Assembly (NCBI RefSeq): GCF_016433145.1
Contig: NC_058131.1
Location: 66,649,350-66,713,349, forward strand
Direction of reading: 5' to 3'
DNA length: 64,000 nucleotides
Source of the DNA: Gracilinanus agilis
Lineage: Eukaryota
Part shown: positions 12,660 to 25,175 of the stretch, in pieces
Layout: the number at the start of each line of letters is the position of its first letter
Numbering within the stretch: the first letter of the stretch is position 1
Translations under genes and position numbers: made by a program
Notes under the pieces: generated by a model
What the model was told of the DNA's origin: nothing
Databases searched by the model: none
Seen by the model: only the letters and a program-made list of their open reading frames with translations

Positions 12660-12995
12660 TGTTGGTAACTAAAGATCTACAATTTAAATTCTTACTGAGA
12701 ATATCTATAACTTATTGCCCTTTTAAAGAGTAGACTGAAACTTAAGTAAATTGTTCAGGCTCACACCACTAGTTCAGAGTTGGAAAACCAATTGGAATAT
12801 AAATTTAAAAATCCAAAGTGGTGTTCTTTGCTCTACACTACATGGTTTCTTGTATGAATGGGGTACGAGTCCTAACAGTGGCCTTGGACATCTTATTTGG
12901 GGTTCCATAGGGGAACGTAATAAACATTTATATAGCACTTACTCTGTGCCACCGACTGTGATCCATACTTTATAAATATTGTTTCAATTGATCTT
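12660..12995 (-). mobile_element. MIR relic(s)
   Basis: Antisense MIR pieces (actgaaacttaagtaaattgttcagg; aaacatttatatagcacttactctgtgcc). Confidence 0.55.
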
Positions 12996-13069
12996 TGGAA
13001 GACAAAAAGCTGAACTTAGGAAGGCACCAAAGTGAGGAGAAGGAATAGGATTTCCTTTCTGACCTGAAG

Positions 13070-13315
13070 NNNNNNNNNNNNNNNNNNNNNNNNNNNNNNN
13101 NNNNNNNNNNNNNNNNNNNNNNNNNNNNNNNNNNNNNNNNNNNNNNNNNNNNNNNNNNNNNNNNNNNNNNNNNNNNNNNNNNNNNNNNNNNNNNNNNNNN
13201 NNNNNNNNNNNNNNNNNNNNNNNNNNNNNNNNNNNNNNNNNNNNNNNNNNNNNNNNNNNNNNNNNNNNNNNNNNNNNNNNNNNNNNNNNNNNNNNNNNNN
13301 NNNNNNNNNNNNNNN
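13070..13315. other. assembly gap (246 N)
   Basis: N run abutting a TA/CA simple repeat. Confidence 1.
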
Positions 13316-13464
13316 ACTACATATACATGGATATATATTTTTGGGTTGTTTGTATATATACACATATATGCATACTTGATACATTAGATACACGAATACA
13401 AGTAAATATGTGCATATGTGAATGTGTTTATATGTATACATATATATGTATGTATGTTTTAAAT

Positions 13465-14130
13465 CTTTCTTCATTTCAAAGAAGACCAATGACCTAGGTG
13501 AGGTCTTGATTTGTACATGGATTGCACTTAAGTGAAGCAGAGTTGCACAAAATCATTAGTCTCTCTCTTTCTTTCAGTCATAAAAGTCCAGTGGCAAGAC
13601 AAAAATCAAGGTGACTGGTGATAGCTCAGGCTGCCATGAATGACCTTGGCATCTTTTTCATCTGACCAATCTCTAAGTCTTCCATAGTACCTGCCTCGGC
13701 AGCATTCATGACCATTGTAACAAATTGTTCTCATCACCCATCATTCAGGGGAAACCTTTACATGCCCGGTCAAGAGATTCCCCACCAGGATGTAGACCCG
13801 AAACCACCACACCAATGCAACTATCAATAATATGTAAATAAGTCTTGATTGATCACACATGTTAAAACCAGTAGAAATGTGCATTGGATATGGGGGGGAG
13901 GTGAAGGGGAAAGTAAAAGCAAGAATCATGTAACCATGGAAATTTTTTCTAAAAAAATAATAAAATAATTTTAAAAATTAAATTAAATTAAATTTTAAAA
14001 AGTCACTTAAAAAAAAGAGAGATTCCTCCTCCACCACCAACTCACCAATGGATTTGAGGGGCATAGATTACTTTCAAACTAGATTAGCCAACTTGTTGAA
14101 AGAGATTTATTAGGGTGTGACCACTGTGAT
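13465..14130 (+). mobile_element. WallSI3/4-like SINE split by an L1 3' fragment
   Basis: SINE motifs at 13465-13785 resume at about 14020 (ccaactcaccaatggatttgagg). Confidence 0.7.
13787..14016 (+). mobile_element. L1_Mdo-like 3' UTR fragment with A-rich tail
   Basis: gatgtagac...ccacaccaatgcaactatcaataatatg...catgtaaccatggaaa is near-identical to 51945-52125; agagattcc occurs on both flanks (partial TSD). Confidence 0.85.
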
Positions 14131-14879
14131 GCATATGTATATATGTGTATATGATATACATACATGTATACACATTTTATACACATGTATACATATTTTA
14201 GACACACACATATACATATGTTATACATACAAATATAGAGACATTTTTAGCATAGTGTGGATCCTCAATTCTTTCCCTCTGGCCTGGTTTGCTCATCTAA
14301 ACTCTCTTTTAGATTTCTAAGAATAACCGATACATGTAGGACTATCCTCTTATTACATGCCAATCTAGCTTCTGAGTCCTCACTGAGATATTTACCACCC
14401 ACACAAAAATAGTCACCACAATACTATTAACTCCAACATTGAACACTTACTATATGATAAATTGAAAGCAACAATAATTATATCGATTACTCAATAGAAA
14501 ATGAGAGAAATAATATTCTTATTCTAATAGCGAACCAATAAAATTGGGTCATACTCTTCCACCAATGAATATAGTATCTGTGTGAGACTATGTACATATA
14601 TTTACAGAAATTTATTAGGGAATACAAGGGCAGTTGAACCATTTACTTGGTCCAGCCTTCAGTTCCAGAATTCAGGCTTTGATGACTTTGACCTCCTCTG
14701 GAAGAATCTGTACCATACTAAGGCCAAGTAACAATGAATACATGGAACATTAATATATAATATATATTTGTATGTATATATACACACACATATATATATA
14801 TATATAATTAGAAATAGTGAGGCTAATGATGAGTTGAGACTGGAACAGAAAATGAAGGATAATAAAAGTATATTTTTTC

Positions 14880-16440
14880 TATGATGTGTAATAGAGGAGA
14901 ATCAAAAAAGGACAGAATCTAACTTGACAGTGAATGGAGGTTGATAACTGACATGAGAGGAAAGACAGTCACTTAGTTCAACTTTTTCTTCTGTTTTATA
15001 TCCCAAGGATAATGACATCTGCTCTTGAAAAGACAAGACAAGAATCATTAATAGAGAGTTAACCCTCAAGAGAAATAAAGAGAAAGCAAGAGAATATTTA
15101 GCTATACTTGAAAAATAAGTCATTTCTTCCATGAATGGCTTTTTTGGATACTGAAAGAACTGTTAGATATGATTGAAGTGTCACTGTCACTGATGTTTTA
15201 AAGATTGTTAGGAGTAAGAGATTTTCCATGGGCTATAGAGGAATAAATATTCTCATTTTCAAAAAGAAAAAAAAAACAAAGGAAGAGAATAGAATATGCA
15301 AGCCTTATCGCAACAAACCTAACTTTGATTCCTGGGGAATTCTAGAAGAGTTCATTAAAAGAATAATTAGTACACATCTAGAAAAAAGGTAGCAATGGGC
15401 CAACATGGCATCATTCAGAATAGATCATGTCAAAACAAACTTCATTTTCTTTTTCATCTGATTTGCTGATTACTATATTAATGAGATGGTGTAATTACAG
15501 TTTACCTAGATTTCATCAAAACATTTGGTAGAGTATTTCATAGGATCTTAGATTTAAAGATAGAAAGGACCTCCAAAGTCACATAATTGAATCTCAGAAT
15601 GTTATAAATGAGGAAGTTGATTCAGAGAGGGATTGTGTAAATATCTTAAGTATTTAACATAGATATTATTAGATATTAACATAGAACATAGCATAATCAG
15701 AATTCACACTGATTTCCTATGAAAACATTTGGACATGTGATTGGATAAAAGTAAAATTAGATGATTTTAAACTGGTTTGAATGACCTTATTCGAGGAGTA
15801 GTTTTTGGTTATTCATGGCAACTTAGCAAGCCTCCAGTAGAATTCCTGAGGGAACCATTTTTTATCTTATCTGTTTAACATTTTTATAGTCAATGACTTC
15901 CAAGAAAGTATAACTGGAATGTTTATTAAATTACAGATGTCAGAAAACTTGTATGAACATCTAATAAATTGGCTGACAGAGTAAAGATTCAAAAAAAGCT
16001 TTTGACTAATTAGGACACTGGGCTGAATCTAATAAGATTAAGTCCTATAGTGATAAATGTTTTATTTTCAGGTTTTTAGAATGAACTTCAGAAATTCTGT
16101 GTGGGTGAGTCATGATCACATAATAAGTTGTCTAAAAAAATCTATGGTAAGATTTAAGGGACTACAATGTCCATCTGAGTCAACAAAGATGGCAGTAAGA
16201 GAGGCATATATTTTGGAAATAGGAAGTCTTTCTATTTCTGCCCTGGTGAGAATGCAACTAGTGTACTGTATCATTTCTTGGCATCATAGTTTAGTATACA
16301 CATTACTTAGTTGGAAAGAACCTAGGATGATGAAAGACCTTGAATTTATATCAAATGAAAATCAGTTGAAGGTACAGGAGATATTGAGAAGGTAGGCTCA
16401 ACAGTGACATTTTTATTCAAGTATCTCAAAAACTATCCTA
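14880..16440 (+). mobile_element. L3/CR1 ORF2 relic (with a small MIR inserted at about 15540-15640)
   Basis: ccaacatggcatcattcagaatagatcatgtcaaaacaaacttcatt is the CR1 RT QHGF..SC.TNL region; downstream CR1 3' ORF2 pattern includes the 16057-16395 ORF. Confidence 0.7.
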
Positions 16441-17289
16441 TGAAATAAGAACTTTAGAAACATTCTACTTGGCCTCAGAGGGAAGAATAACATATGTAAG
16501 TGATAATCTTAGTGGGAAGATTCTAGCATTAAGAGAAATCAAAAAAGGCTTCTTGCTGATCAGAGCCAAATCACAGAATGATAAATAGGGAATGAGGAAT
16601 ATCAAATAGCGTGTCTGGAATGTTGATTGTACAAAAAAATAGTGTATAGAAAAGATAGAAAGGTAAAATGGAAACAGATGTTGGAAGACTGACTGTACTA
16701 TGTATCATGGCCAGTAAACATGTTGTTTTCTTAAGGACAAACTATGTGGATATCTTCTCTACTCAAAGTCATAGGAGAAATCATGAACCTAAGCTTGAAG
16801 TTAGGGGTAGCAGGATGACCTTTATGCTATCAACTCTCTCCCAGGAAACACACTAATAAATCTTAGCACCTAGCCAAGCAATACTCCAAAAGTTCATTGT
16901 TAGTGCTTTATGAGCTCAGTTCATATGAATAAAGAAGAATCTAGTAACGTTCAAAAGATACCTCTTCATGACGCAATCAGCTTCCATTTGGAGACCTCTC
17001 CAGGTGTTCACATAAAGTTGAAATGGCTCATTTCTGAAAAGCAGCATTAAATTAGGATTCTAGTCTACTTTTCACAGATGGGCTGATTGGAGGTGTTACT
17101 CACAGCTGCAGACCTCTACAATTCTACCCTCCCCACTGTGGTCCGCCATAGAAATTTCCTTATGTTCTCTTCACATGTGTACTACTTTGTAAATAGAATG
17201 ACTGGAATTCTAGATCAAGTCTGTTTCAGATCTTAATCTTCTTTCTTTAGCAAAAGAGGAAAAAGGGCTCAATATGTATTAGAGAAGTT

Positions 17290-18050
17290 TATCCGACTGA
17301 GGGGTAATATAAGAAGCATGGACAAGTTTGAAGGACATACACAAAATACATTTCTGGACAGTAGGAATATTGAGTAAACAATGTCCAAATAAACTATTTT
17401 AAACTACAAAGTCAAAGAGTTTTACAATTGAAAGTATTGAGCTAGTCTAATTGGATCAGGCGGTCTGCCTATCAATTTCCTCTTTTTGCCTCCCATATTC
17501 CAGCCTAAAGTCGCCTTGCCTTTCTTGATTACCATGCCATGCTATTGAATTATATAGAGCTTGTGATCCACTAAAATGCTATTTTTTCACATATGTGAGG
17601 GGCTATAAATCCTCAAAAAGATCTCAGTAAAATCATATTTGTTCTTTTCTGTACTCGTGCAATCAACTTTTTTAAAAACTAGAATATAGCACTATGTTTA
17701 CATGTATTAAATTACTACCTATGAGATTGGGCTAATAATTCCATTTTGTCCATAATCTCTTAGATTCTACCACCCAAAATATCCATCTCCATATCCTGTC
17801 ACGTGGACATTTGTTGCTATGATTTCATCCAAGTCACTGGATGAAAATGTTAATTAGAAATCAGTTAACAATTGGTCCCTGTGCTATCCAACTAATAATC
17901 CCTGTTCAGAACCCAATTTTTCATTTACATCTTCTTTGAGTCTTGAACCCATGGGTCCATTTCTAGTTTATGGTTTTTGGTTTTATCTTCTGACCATATC
18001 TCTTTGTTAATCCTCAGGCTGATTTCTTTCTTATCACCCCTTCTTTGAAC
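17290..18050 (-). mobile_element. L3/CR1 relic
   Basis: Antisense CR1 ORF2 pattern (gatttcatccaagtcactggatgaaaatgttaa...). Confidence 0.55.
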
Positions 18051-18109
18051 TTGATACTAACCTAATACAACCTCAGTGGTACTATACTAACCTCTAGCTA
18101 ATGTAGGTG

Positions 18110-18325
18110 GTCAGCTTGTGAAAAGGGAGACAATACGGTCAAATGGAAAAGCAATCAAACATTGACTTTGAATTCAGAGATCCAGAAGTTACAATCCACT
18201 GCTGAGGATTACTTCTTTTGTTGCTTTGGCCAAGTCACTTCATATCTCTGGTCTTTAGTTTACTGAATTATAAAAAATGTGCAGGCTGGAATAGATGGTC
18301 TTTGAAGTCTCTTCCAGATCTATAC
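18110..18325 (+). mobile_element. MIR3 relic
   Basis: ggccaagtcacttcatatctctggtc...atagatggtctttgaagtctcttccagatcta. Confidence 0.7.
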
Positions 18326-18379
18326 CAAGGATCTATTGATCTGATTTTTCTTGCATATACAGAGCAAGGGAGAATATAA

Positions 18380-18830
18380 TTCTACTTTCCTCAAACCAGT
18401 TAAGAACACATTTGGATTTCTTTGTTTAATTCTATAATCATATTCTAAAGTTTTTTTGGTAGGCTCAAGCATATCTAGAAGAGAGCAATTACAATGACGA
18501 AGGAAAAGAGAACCACTATGTACAAGCACCAGCTAAGGTATATGTGATGGTTATAAGTTGAAAACAGTGGGGAAATGACAGTTTTCTTTAAGTGTATGAA
18601 GGGGTGATATATGGGAGAGGATTTGGACTCATTTTTTCCAGAAGACAGACCTAGGAGCAATGGGTAGAAGTTGACTAAAAGTTGACTGAGCTTCTTTGAG
18701 ATGGAGTAAGTATCCCATACATCCTAAGAGGTCTTTAAAAGAGTTTGTAAAACCCCTTGTCAAAATAGAGGAGATTCATTATTTACAAAAATGATAATTG
18801 GCAACTCTTCCAACTATGAATTTTTATGAT
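18380..18830 (+). mobile_element. L3/CR1 3' relic
   Basis: cagttttcttaagtgtatgaaggg...ccagaagacagacctaggagcaatggg...ggcaactcttccaactatg. Confidence 0.6.
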
Positions 18831-20039
18831 GTTAATATTCATCAGGCCTTGCGAGTTATTTCTGGCCCTCCTTGAATATTTAGGGCCTCCACTAGAGGTG
18901 GGGAAATATGTGATAAGGACATCCCAATGATAATAATAGTAGGATGGTTTGAAAGCCTATAATTGGCCCTGAAAGGGCCATGCTAGGAAAGGTGAACATG
19001 TTCATGATCAGTGCCACCAGTTCCAGGGATGTTGAGAGGATCAAATGGGAAAAATATCTGTATTTTTCAAATCTTAAAATGCTATACAAATGCTAGCTAT
19101 CTTATTGATTTGTTCATTTTATCTAGGGTTTCATAGTTAACAAATGGCAGAGGTGTGGGTTTTGCCTGCAATCCCTCCTCCTGAAATGTTTCTTAGTCCA
19201 TCAAGGAATTGACAGAGATGTCAATACAAAAGCCAGAAGTCACTGAAGTCAGAACATTGGCATAACATTTTGGAATGAACAGAAAAGAATTCACTAGAAC
19301 CACAAATACTTAATATTACTTCAAAAAATAAAATCTGTCCAAAGATTTTATTAATATAGTAAATCTTTATTTTTCACAATTTAGAATTATTTTACTTTTT
19401 AAATGAAGCTCTACATAGACTATTTAGGGGAAAAATTCAAAATAAAACACAGAAGTCAAACCTGCCATTTGATGCCAATGAACTGGAAGCTGACATGTTT
19501 AATTTTGCTTATTGCTAGTGAGACTAACTTGTAACTCTCTCCACATGTCCCTCGGAGAAGACAGAGAAGGCATAGATTACTAGGAAATCTTGTCTGAGAA
19601 ACCAAGTCACGAATTTTGAATTGATGACATGATTAACTACCATTGAAGCAGCAAAAAATTTCAAGTCAAACTCTTTGCTGTTGAACACAATCAAACCCAC
19701 TAATATTGAATTAGATTTCTGTTTCATTACAGTTGATGAAGCGTTATGGGCTTCAGTATCTTATTCAGTATCACAAAGGGTGCTGAAAGTTCAGGGATGA
19801 TGAGAAATAATGAAAGCAATGACAATGCAAAGTAAAATATTTCATTTTTGAAGCTATTTTCTTTTCAATAATGCTTTTGGTCACTTCAAGGGATCATGGG
19901 ATTGTAAAGCTAAAAAGAATTTTAGGACACAGAATATCAATACAAGGAATATAAAGTATTATTTTGAAGAGTGGTTGAAAATCAACCAGTTTGAAACTAC
20001 TTATTTTCCATGAGAAAAGGAAATGAAGCCCAGAAAGGA

Positions 20040-20280
20040 AAATACTTCAATTGCCTTTTGGATAGAGCATTGGACCTAGAGGTGGGAAGACCTGAGTTCA
20101 AATTCAGTGTCAGAAACTTGCTATCTGTGTGACTTTGGGCAAGTTGCGTCACTTTTTCCAGCCTTAGTTTCTTCATCTGTAAAATGATGTTACCTGCCAA
20201 GTTTGTTGTGAGGATCAAATGAGATAGATATAAAGCATTTCATAAATGTAAAAGTATTCTATAATTGCTAGATATTTTAG
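20040..20280 (+). mobile_element. MIR
   Basis: gatagagcattggacctagag...cctgagttcaaattc...tgtgactttgggcaagtt...gtttcttcatctgtaaaatg. Confidence 0.85.
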
Positions 20281-20439
20281 TAATTTGTTCATATTCCCCA
20301 TGGCCACACATTTACGAAATTGATAGAGAAGTATAGGTATTGCTCCCATTCCTACTGCCTGGAATGTTCCTCATTTGCCATAGAATTTACAGAAATATCC
20401 GTGATTGGTCTAGAAGTCATAGGAGTTGGAACCTTTATC

Positions 20440-20720
20440 TTGCATTAAAAAATATGAAATAGAATGTCAGAATTGAGAAAGATTAATAGCAATAACTTGT
20501 ATTTATTATATAGCATTATCTAGATGACAGCATATTCCTCATAGTCACCCTGGGAAGTAAGTCTAATGCCCATTTTACAGATGAGGAAACTAAAGGTCAG
20601 ACTAACACATAAGAGGTATGAGTTGCTCTTTAAGCAATTTACTCAGGATCACATAGAGAGGAATTATTGGGGCTTGAATCCGGGTCTTTTTGATCTTCAG
20701 GCCAGCTCTCTAACAATTCC
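20440..20720 (-). mobile_element. MIR
   Basis: cccattttacagatgaggaaactaaaggtcaga antisense core. Confidence 0.8.
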
Positions 20721-20737
20721 ACCAGGATGCCTCTCAT

Positions 20738-21045
20738 ACTCTCTCTCTCTCTCCCTCCCTCTGGCTCGGAATCTGTTTATCTTTCCCCCTCTCTCTCCTT
20801 CTCTCTGGCTCTGTCTAGATCTCTCTCTGACTCAGTTTCCCATCTCTATCTCTGTTTCGCTGTCTCAGTTTCTCTTTCTGTCTCTGCCTCTCCTTTCCTC
20901 CCTTCATCTTCTTTTCCTCTCTCCCTCTCTTCCTCCTCTGTCCTCTCCTCTCTGGCTCTCTCTGTCTTTGGCTCTGTCTGTTTCTCTCTCTGGCTCTGTA
21001 TTTCTGTCTCTGTCTCCTTCTCTGCCTCTCCCTCTCTCCCCATTG
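20738..21045. repeat. CT-rich low-complexity tract (about 300 bp)
   Basis: Degenerate (CT)/(TCTG)/(CTGT) repeats. Confidence 0.95.
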
Positions 21046-21559
21046 CATTCCCAGAACCCTGGGTCTTGTTGATCTGTCCAGTATATATGTACCATCTACC
21101 CGGAGAAGAATAAGTGTTTCAGAATAAGGCATTCAAGTGATAGTCTACTTATATTTTGAGAACTTAGTAGAATGCTTGCCACATAGTAAGAACTTAATAT
21201 ATGCTTTAAAAATCATTAATTCATTCATGCATTCAATAGACAAAAGGGAATTATACCTTTTATTTTTCTGACAACACTACAAATTTCAGCCTATTATGTA
21301 TAAGCTCTGTGAAAATTGATTTTTTTTCACTACATTTGCTGCTTATGTGCTCCCTTCCACTACGATTCCAAGGTTCTATATATATTCAAGGTAGCCAATG
21401 CCAAGGGCGTGTGTTAATCATAAAAGTTGGAAGTTGATTGGGGTACATGATGTCTGGAAAGCTTGTCATGTTTATGATATCATGGTAATTCAGCATTATT
21501 TGACACTTCGATTTCTAATCCAAAATACTTATAAATGCATGTCATTGAAGCCTCATTCC

Positions 21560-22045
21560 CTTTATATTCAGAGGCTGTTAGGTATGGTGGAGAAGTAACT
21601 GGACAGAAAATCCAGAGACTTGAATTCTTGTTCCATCTCTGCTTAAACTTGCAAAATCACCTTGAAAAAGTCATTTCGTGTTTGACAACAAGAACTGATG
21701 ATTTTTGCCCAGGAAAAAGAATTTGGAGGGGCTATGAGATCTGTTTTTAACTAACTTGAAAGACTGTCATGTAGGTTTGGCCAGCCTTTCCCTTAGAAGC
21801 AGAATAAGAAGCAATGGGAGGAAATTATTTTTAAAAGGCAGATTTAGATTCAATATGAGAAGATAAAAAGGGAAAAAAATTTACTAATGACTAGAGATAA
21901 CAAAAAGTGAAATGGGTTGCCTCAGGAAGTAGTGCCTTCTAGTTCTTTTGAGACCTTCAAGAGCAAACTGAATTACAACTTGTCAGGGATGACATACTGA
22001 GGATTCTAATCAGATAGAGCCTGGGCTGCAAATCATGTGAGGTGT
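21560..22045 (+). mobile_element. L3/CR1 3' relic with MIR piece
   Basis: aactaacttgaaagactgtcatg...gcagatttagattcaatatgag...gccttctagttcttttgagaccttcaagagcaaactgaattacaacttgtcaggg. Confidence 0.6.
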
Positions 22046-22175
22046 CCTGCAACTCAAAAAAGCTCTTAGTATAATTATACCAATCTGAGTTTCATTTCCC
22101 TTTCTGGAAAAGTACGGTATTTTCCTTGCCTTTTCTTGCTCCAGTGACATAATGAATTAGAAAATACTTAGAGAG

Positions 22176-22372
22176 AGGGCAGCTGTGGCTCAGTGGATTG
22201 AGAGCCAGGCCTAGAGATGGGAGATCTTAGGTTAAAATCTGGCCTTAGACACTTCCCAGTTGTGTGACCCCGGGGCAAGTCACTTAACCCACATTTCCTA
22301 GCCCTTACCATTCTTCTGCCTTAGAACCAATATAGAGTATTGATTCTAAGACAGAAGGTAAGGGCTTAAAAA
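22176..22372 (+). mobile_element. SINE1_Mdo
   Basis: gggcagctgtggctcagtggattgagagccaggcctagagatgggag...cccttaccattcttctgccttagaaccaat...agacagaaggtaaggg; tacttagaga occurs on both flanks. Confidence 0.92.
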
Positions 22373-22474
22373 TATATATGTACTTAGAGAACTTTTTTAT
22401 GGAAATCTTAGTAAATACTTTCACTTTCTAAAATTTATTTCCCCAAATTATATGAAAAAAAAAGTTTCTAACTT

Positions 22475-23468
22475 TTTTTTTTTAATTGAGTTTCAAATTC
22501 TCTCCCTCCCTCCTCTCCACCCTTTAGATGGTAAGCAGTCTTAAATAGTTCTGTTAACCCTTTTGTGGAAGGAATTTTGAACCAAAAAAAAAAAAAAAAC
22601 AATTTAAGAAAAGTTTGCTATGGTTTAGATTCAGACTACATCAGGTCCTTCTCTGGAAGCAGATGAAATTTTTTTATCATGAGTATTTTGGAATTGCTTT
22701 GGGTCATTGTATTGCTGAGAATAGCCAAGTCATTCACTATTGTTCACTATTCATTAGTTGTGTTCATTATATGATGTTCTTCTGGTTCTGTTCTTTTCTC
22801 TCTGCTTTAGTTCATGTAAATCTTTCCAGGTTTTTCTAAACTACTCCTGCTGATCATTTCTTACAGCACAAAAGTATTTCATTACAGTCATGTACTATAA
22901 CTTACTCAACCATTCTGTAATTGATGAGTATCCCCTCACTTTCCAATTCTTTGCCCACACAAATAGAATTGTTATAAATATTTTTATACATGGGTCCTTC
23001 CCCTTTTCCTTTAATTTTGTTGAAATACAAACCTAGTAATTATATTATTTGATCAAAAAGTATGTAATATTTTATAGTCCTTTGGGCATAAGTCCAAATA
23101 GCTCTCCAGAATGGTCAAATCAGTTCACACCTCCCCCAACGGTGTATTAATGTCTCAGTTTTCCCACATCTCCTCCAACTTTTGTCATTTTCTTTTTCTG
23201 TCATAATAACAAATCTGATATATTTGGGGTGTTTGGGGTGGTACCTCAGAATTCTATTATTTCACAATTCTCTAATTAATAGTGATTTAGAACTTTTTTT
23301 GCATGATTGCAGAGAGCTTTAATTATTTTGTCTGAGAACTGCCTATTCATATCCTTTAACCATTTATCAATTGGGGAATGACTTGTATTCTTTTATATTC
23401 AATTAATTTCTCTGTTTATTTGAGAAATGAGGCCTTTATTAGAGAGGCATATAAAAAATAATTTGTTC
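22475..23468 (-). mobile_element. L1 3' end (ORF2 C-terminus + 3' UTR)
   Basis: Poly-T at about 22474-22485, then antisense L1 3' UTR and ORF2 C-terminal sequence homologous to 51124-51790. Confidence 0.85.
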
Positions 23469-24165
23469 TATTATGATTACTATGTGTTGTTCTCCATTCT
23501 ATTTCCTGCTATTCATTTTCTTACCATAACCTCCCCAATTTGGCCTCTTTTCTATCAGCCACAACCCCCTTCTCTAATCCCCTTCCCCTCTTACTTTCCT
23601 ATAGGTAAGATGGGTTTCTAAACTCAAAGGATTGTGTAAGTTCCTCCCTCACTGGGCCAATTCCGATGAGAGTATGGTTCATTTGCTCCCCTTCTCACCT
23701 GTCTCATCTTCCCCTCCACTGTAAAAACTCTCTTGTGCTTCTTTTATGTGTGATAATTTAACCCTTACTCTTTTTTTCCCATCCCCGCTACTCCCTATAT
23801 ATTCCTCTTTTTCATGCCTTATTTTTATTTTTTCTATAATCCTATCATATTCAATTTACAACTTTGTCTCTGTCTATGCATACTCTTTGTAACAGCCCTA
23901 ATAATGATAAAATTCTTGGGAGTTACAAAAGTCATCTTCCCATAAAGATATGTAAATAGTTTAACCTTAGTGAATGTTTTTTATTTCTCTTTACTGTTTA
24001 CTTTCTTATGCTTTTCTTGAGTTTTACATTTGAGAGTCATATTTTTCCATTCAGCTTTAGTCTTTTCATCAGGAATTTTTGAAAGTCTGCTATTTCATTG
24101 AAAACCCATTTCCCTCTCTGAACTCTTATGCTCAGTTTTGCTGGATAAATGAGTCTTGGTTGAAG
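23469..24165 (-). mobile_element. L1 ORF1 C-terminus + inter-ORF region
   Basis: Minus strand 24165-24049 translates LQPRLIYPAKLSIRVQRGKWVFNEIADFQKFLMKRLKLN, matching the L1 ORF1p CTD motif (QPR..YPAKLS). Confidence 0.8.
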
Positions 24166-24765
24166 GAGCAGAACCAGGAGAACATTGTACACAGCAACTG
24201 ATACACTGTGGCACAATTGAACATAATGAACTTCTCTACTCCCAGCAGTTCAATGATCTAGGATAATTCTGAGGGACTTATGAGAAAGAACTCTATTCAC
24301 ATCCAGAGAAAGAACTGTAGTAGAAACACAGAAGAAAAAATGTTGCTTTATCGCATGATTTGATGGGGATATGTTTAGAGAGGTAGACTCTAAATCAGTG
24401 GTTCCCAAACTGTTTTGGCCTATCGCCCCCTTTCCAAAAAAAATATTACTCAGCCCCCTGGAACTTAATTTTTTAATGTTAATAGCAATTAATAGGAAAG
24501 ATAAAAGCATCTGTGGCCATCACTGCTCACCTGGATTGCTGCAGCACCCACCAGGGGGTGGTACCATCCACTTTGGGAATCGCTGCTCTAAATCATCATT
24601 CTATTGCAAATATTAATAATATGGAAATACTTTTTGAGCAATGATACATGTAAAACCCAGTGGAATTAATCGTTGGCAATGGGAAGGGGGAGAGAAGAAT
24701 GAAGGGAAAGAATGCAGATCATGAAACCGTGGGAAAAATGTTCTAAGTTAATTAATTAAATAAAT
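24166..24765 (+). mobile_element. L1 3' end (ORF2 terminus + 3' UTR), interrupted by MITE
   Basis: gagcagaaccaggagaacattgtacacagcaactgatacactgtgg...gacaattctgagg-like...catgtaaaacccagtggaatt; homologous to 51745-52130. Confidence 0.88.
24396..24585. mobile_element. hAT (Charlie-group) MITE, 190 bp
   Basis: TIRs cagtggttcccaaac / ctttgggaatcgctg (12/15 match); perfect 8-bp TSD ctctaaat at 24388-24395 and 24586-24593. Confidence 0.95.
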
Positions 24766-25175
24766 ACACTTTAAGCTGAAATAAATAAATTCAGGTCAGA
24801 AAGTTTATATAATATTGGTATTGAACAGTATAATAATGTTTTGACGTCAGATATCCTGGTATAAACCTTAACTCACTCATAATAAAAGGTGCTTTGATTG
24901 AAATTAGAAAAAAAATATGCCAAAGTAGAGAAGAAAAATGTATGTTATAACAGAAACATTACTGAAATATAAATTAGGAGAAGTGGATGCTAAGCTATTT
25001 AAATATGTCTCTTGGACAATATTACTTTCCTTTTACCAGCCTCAAAGTCTAATGCTATAATTTGAGAGGATAAAACAAGATTTTCTGATTTCCCTTCTTG
25101 CCACGATAGGTCCTTAATTCCTTTTAGCTCAAACATTTTACTAAATTTCCAAATAGTTCAAATAACTATATTCTA

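Noticed and set aside
20566-21132. Five overlapping ORFs up to 168 aa (S/L-rich or R/E-rich)
   Set aside because: Translations of the CT/GA low-complexity tract plus a MIR; no coding signal.
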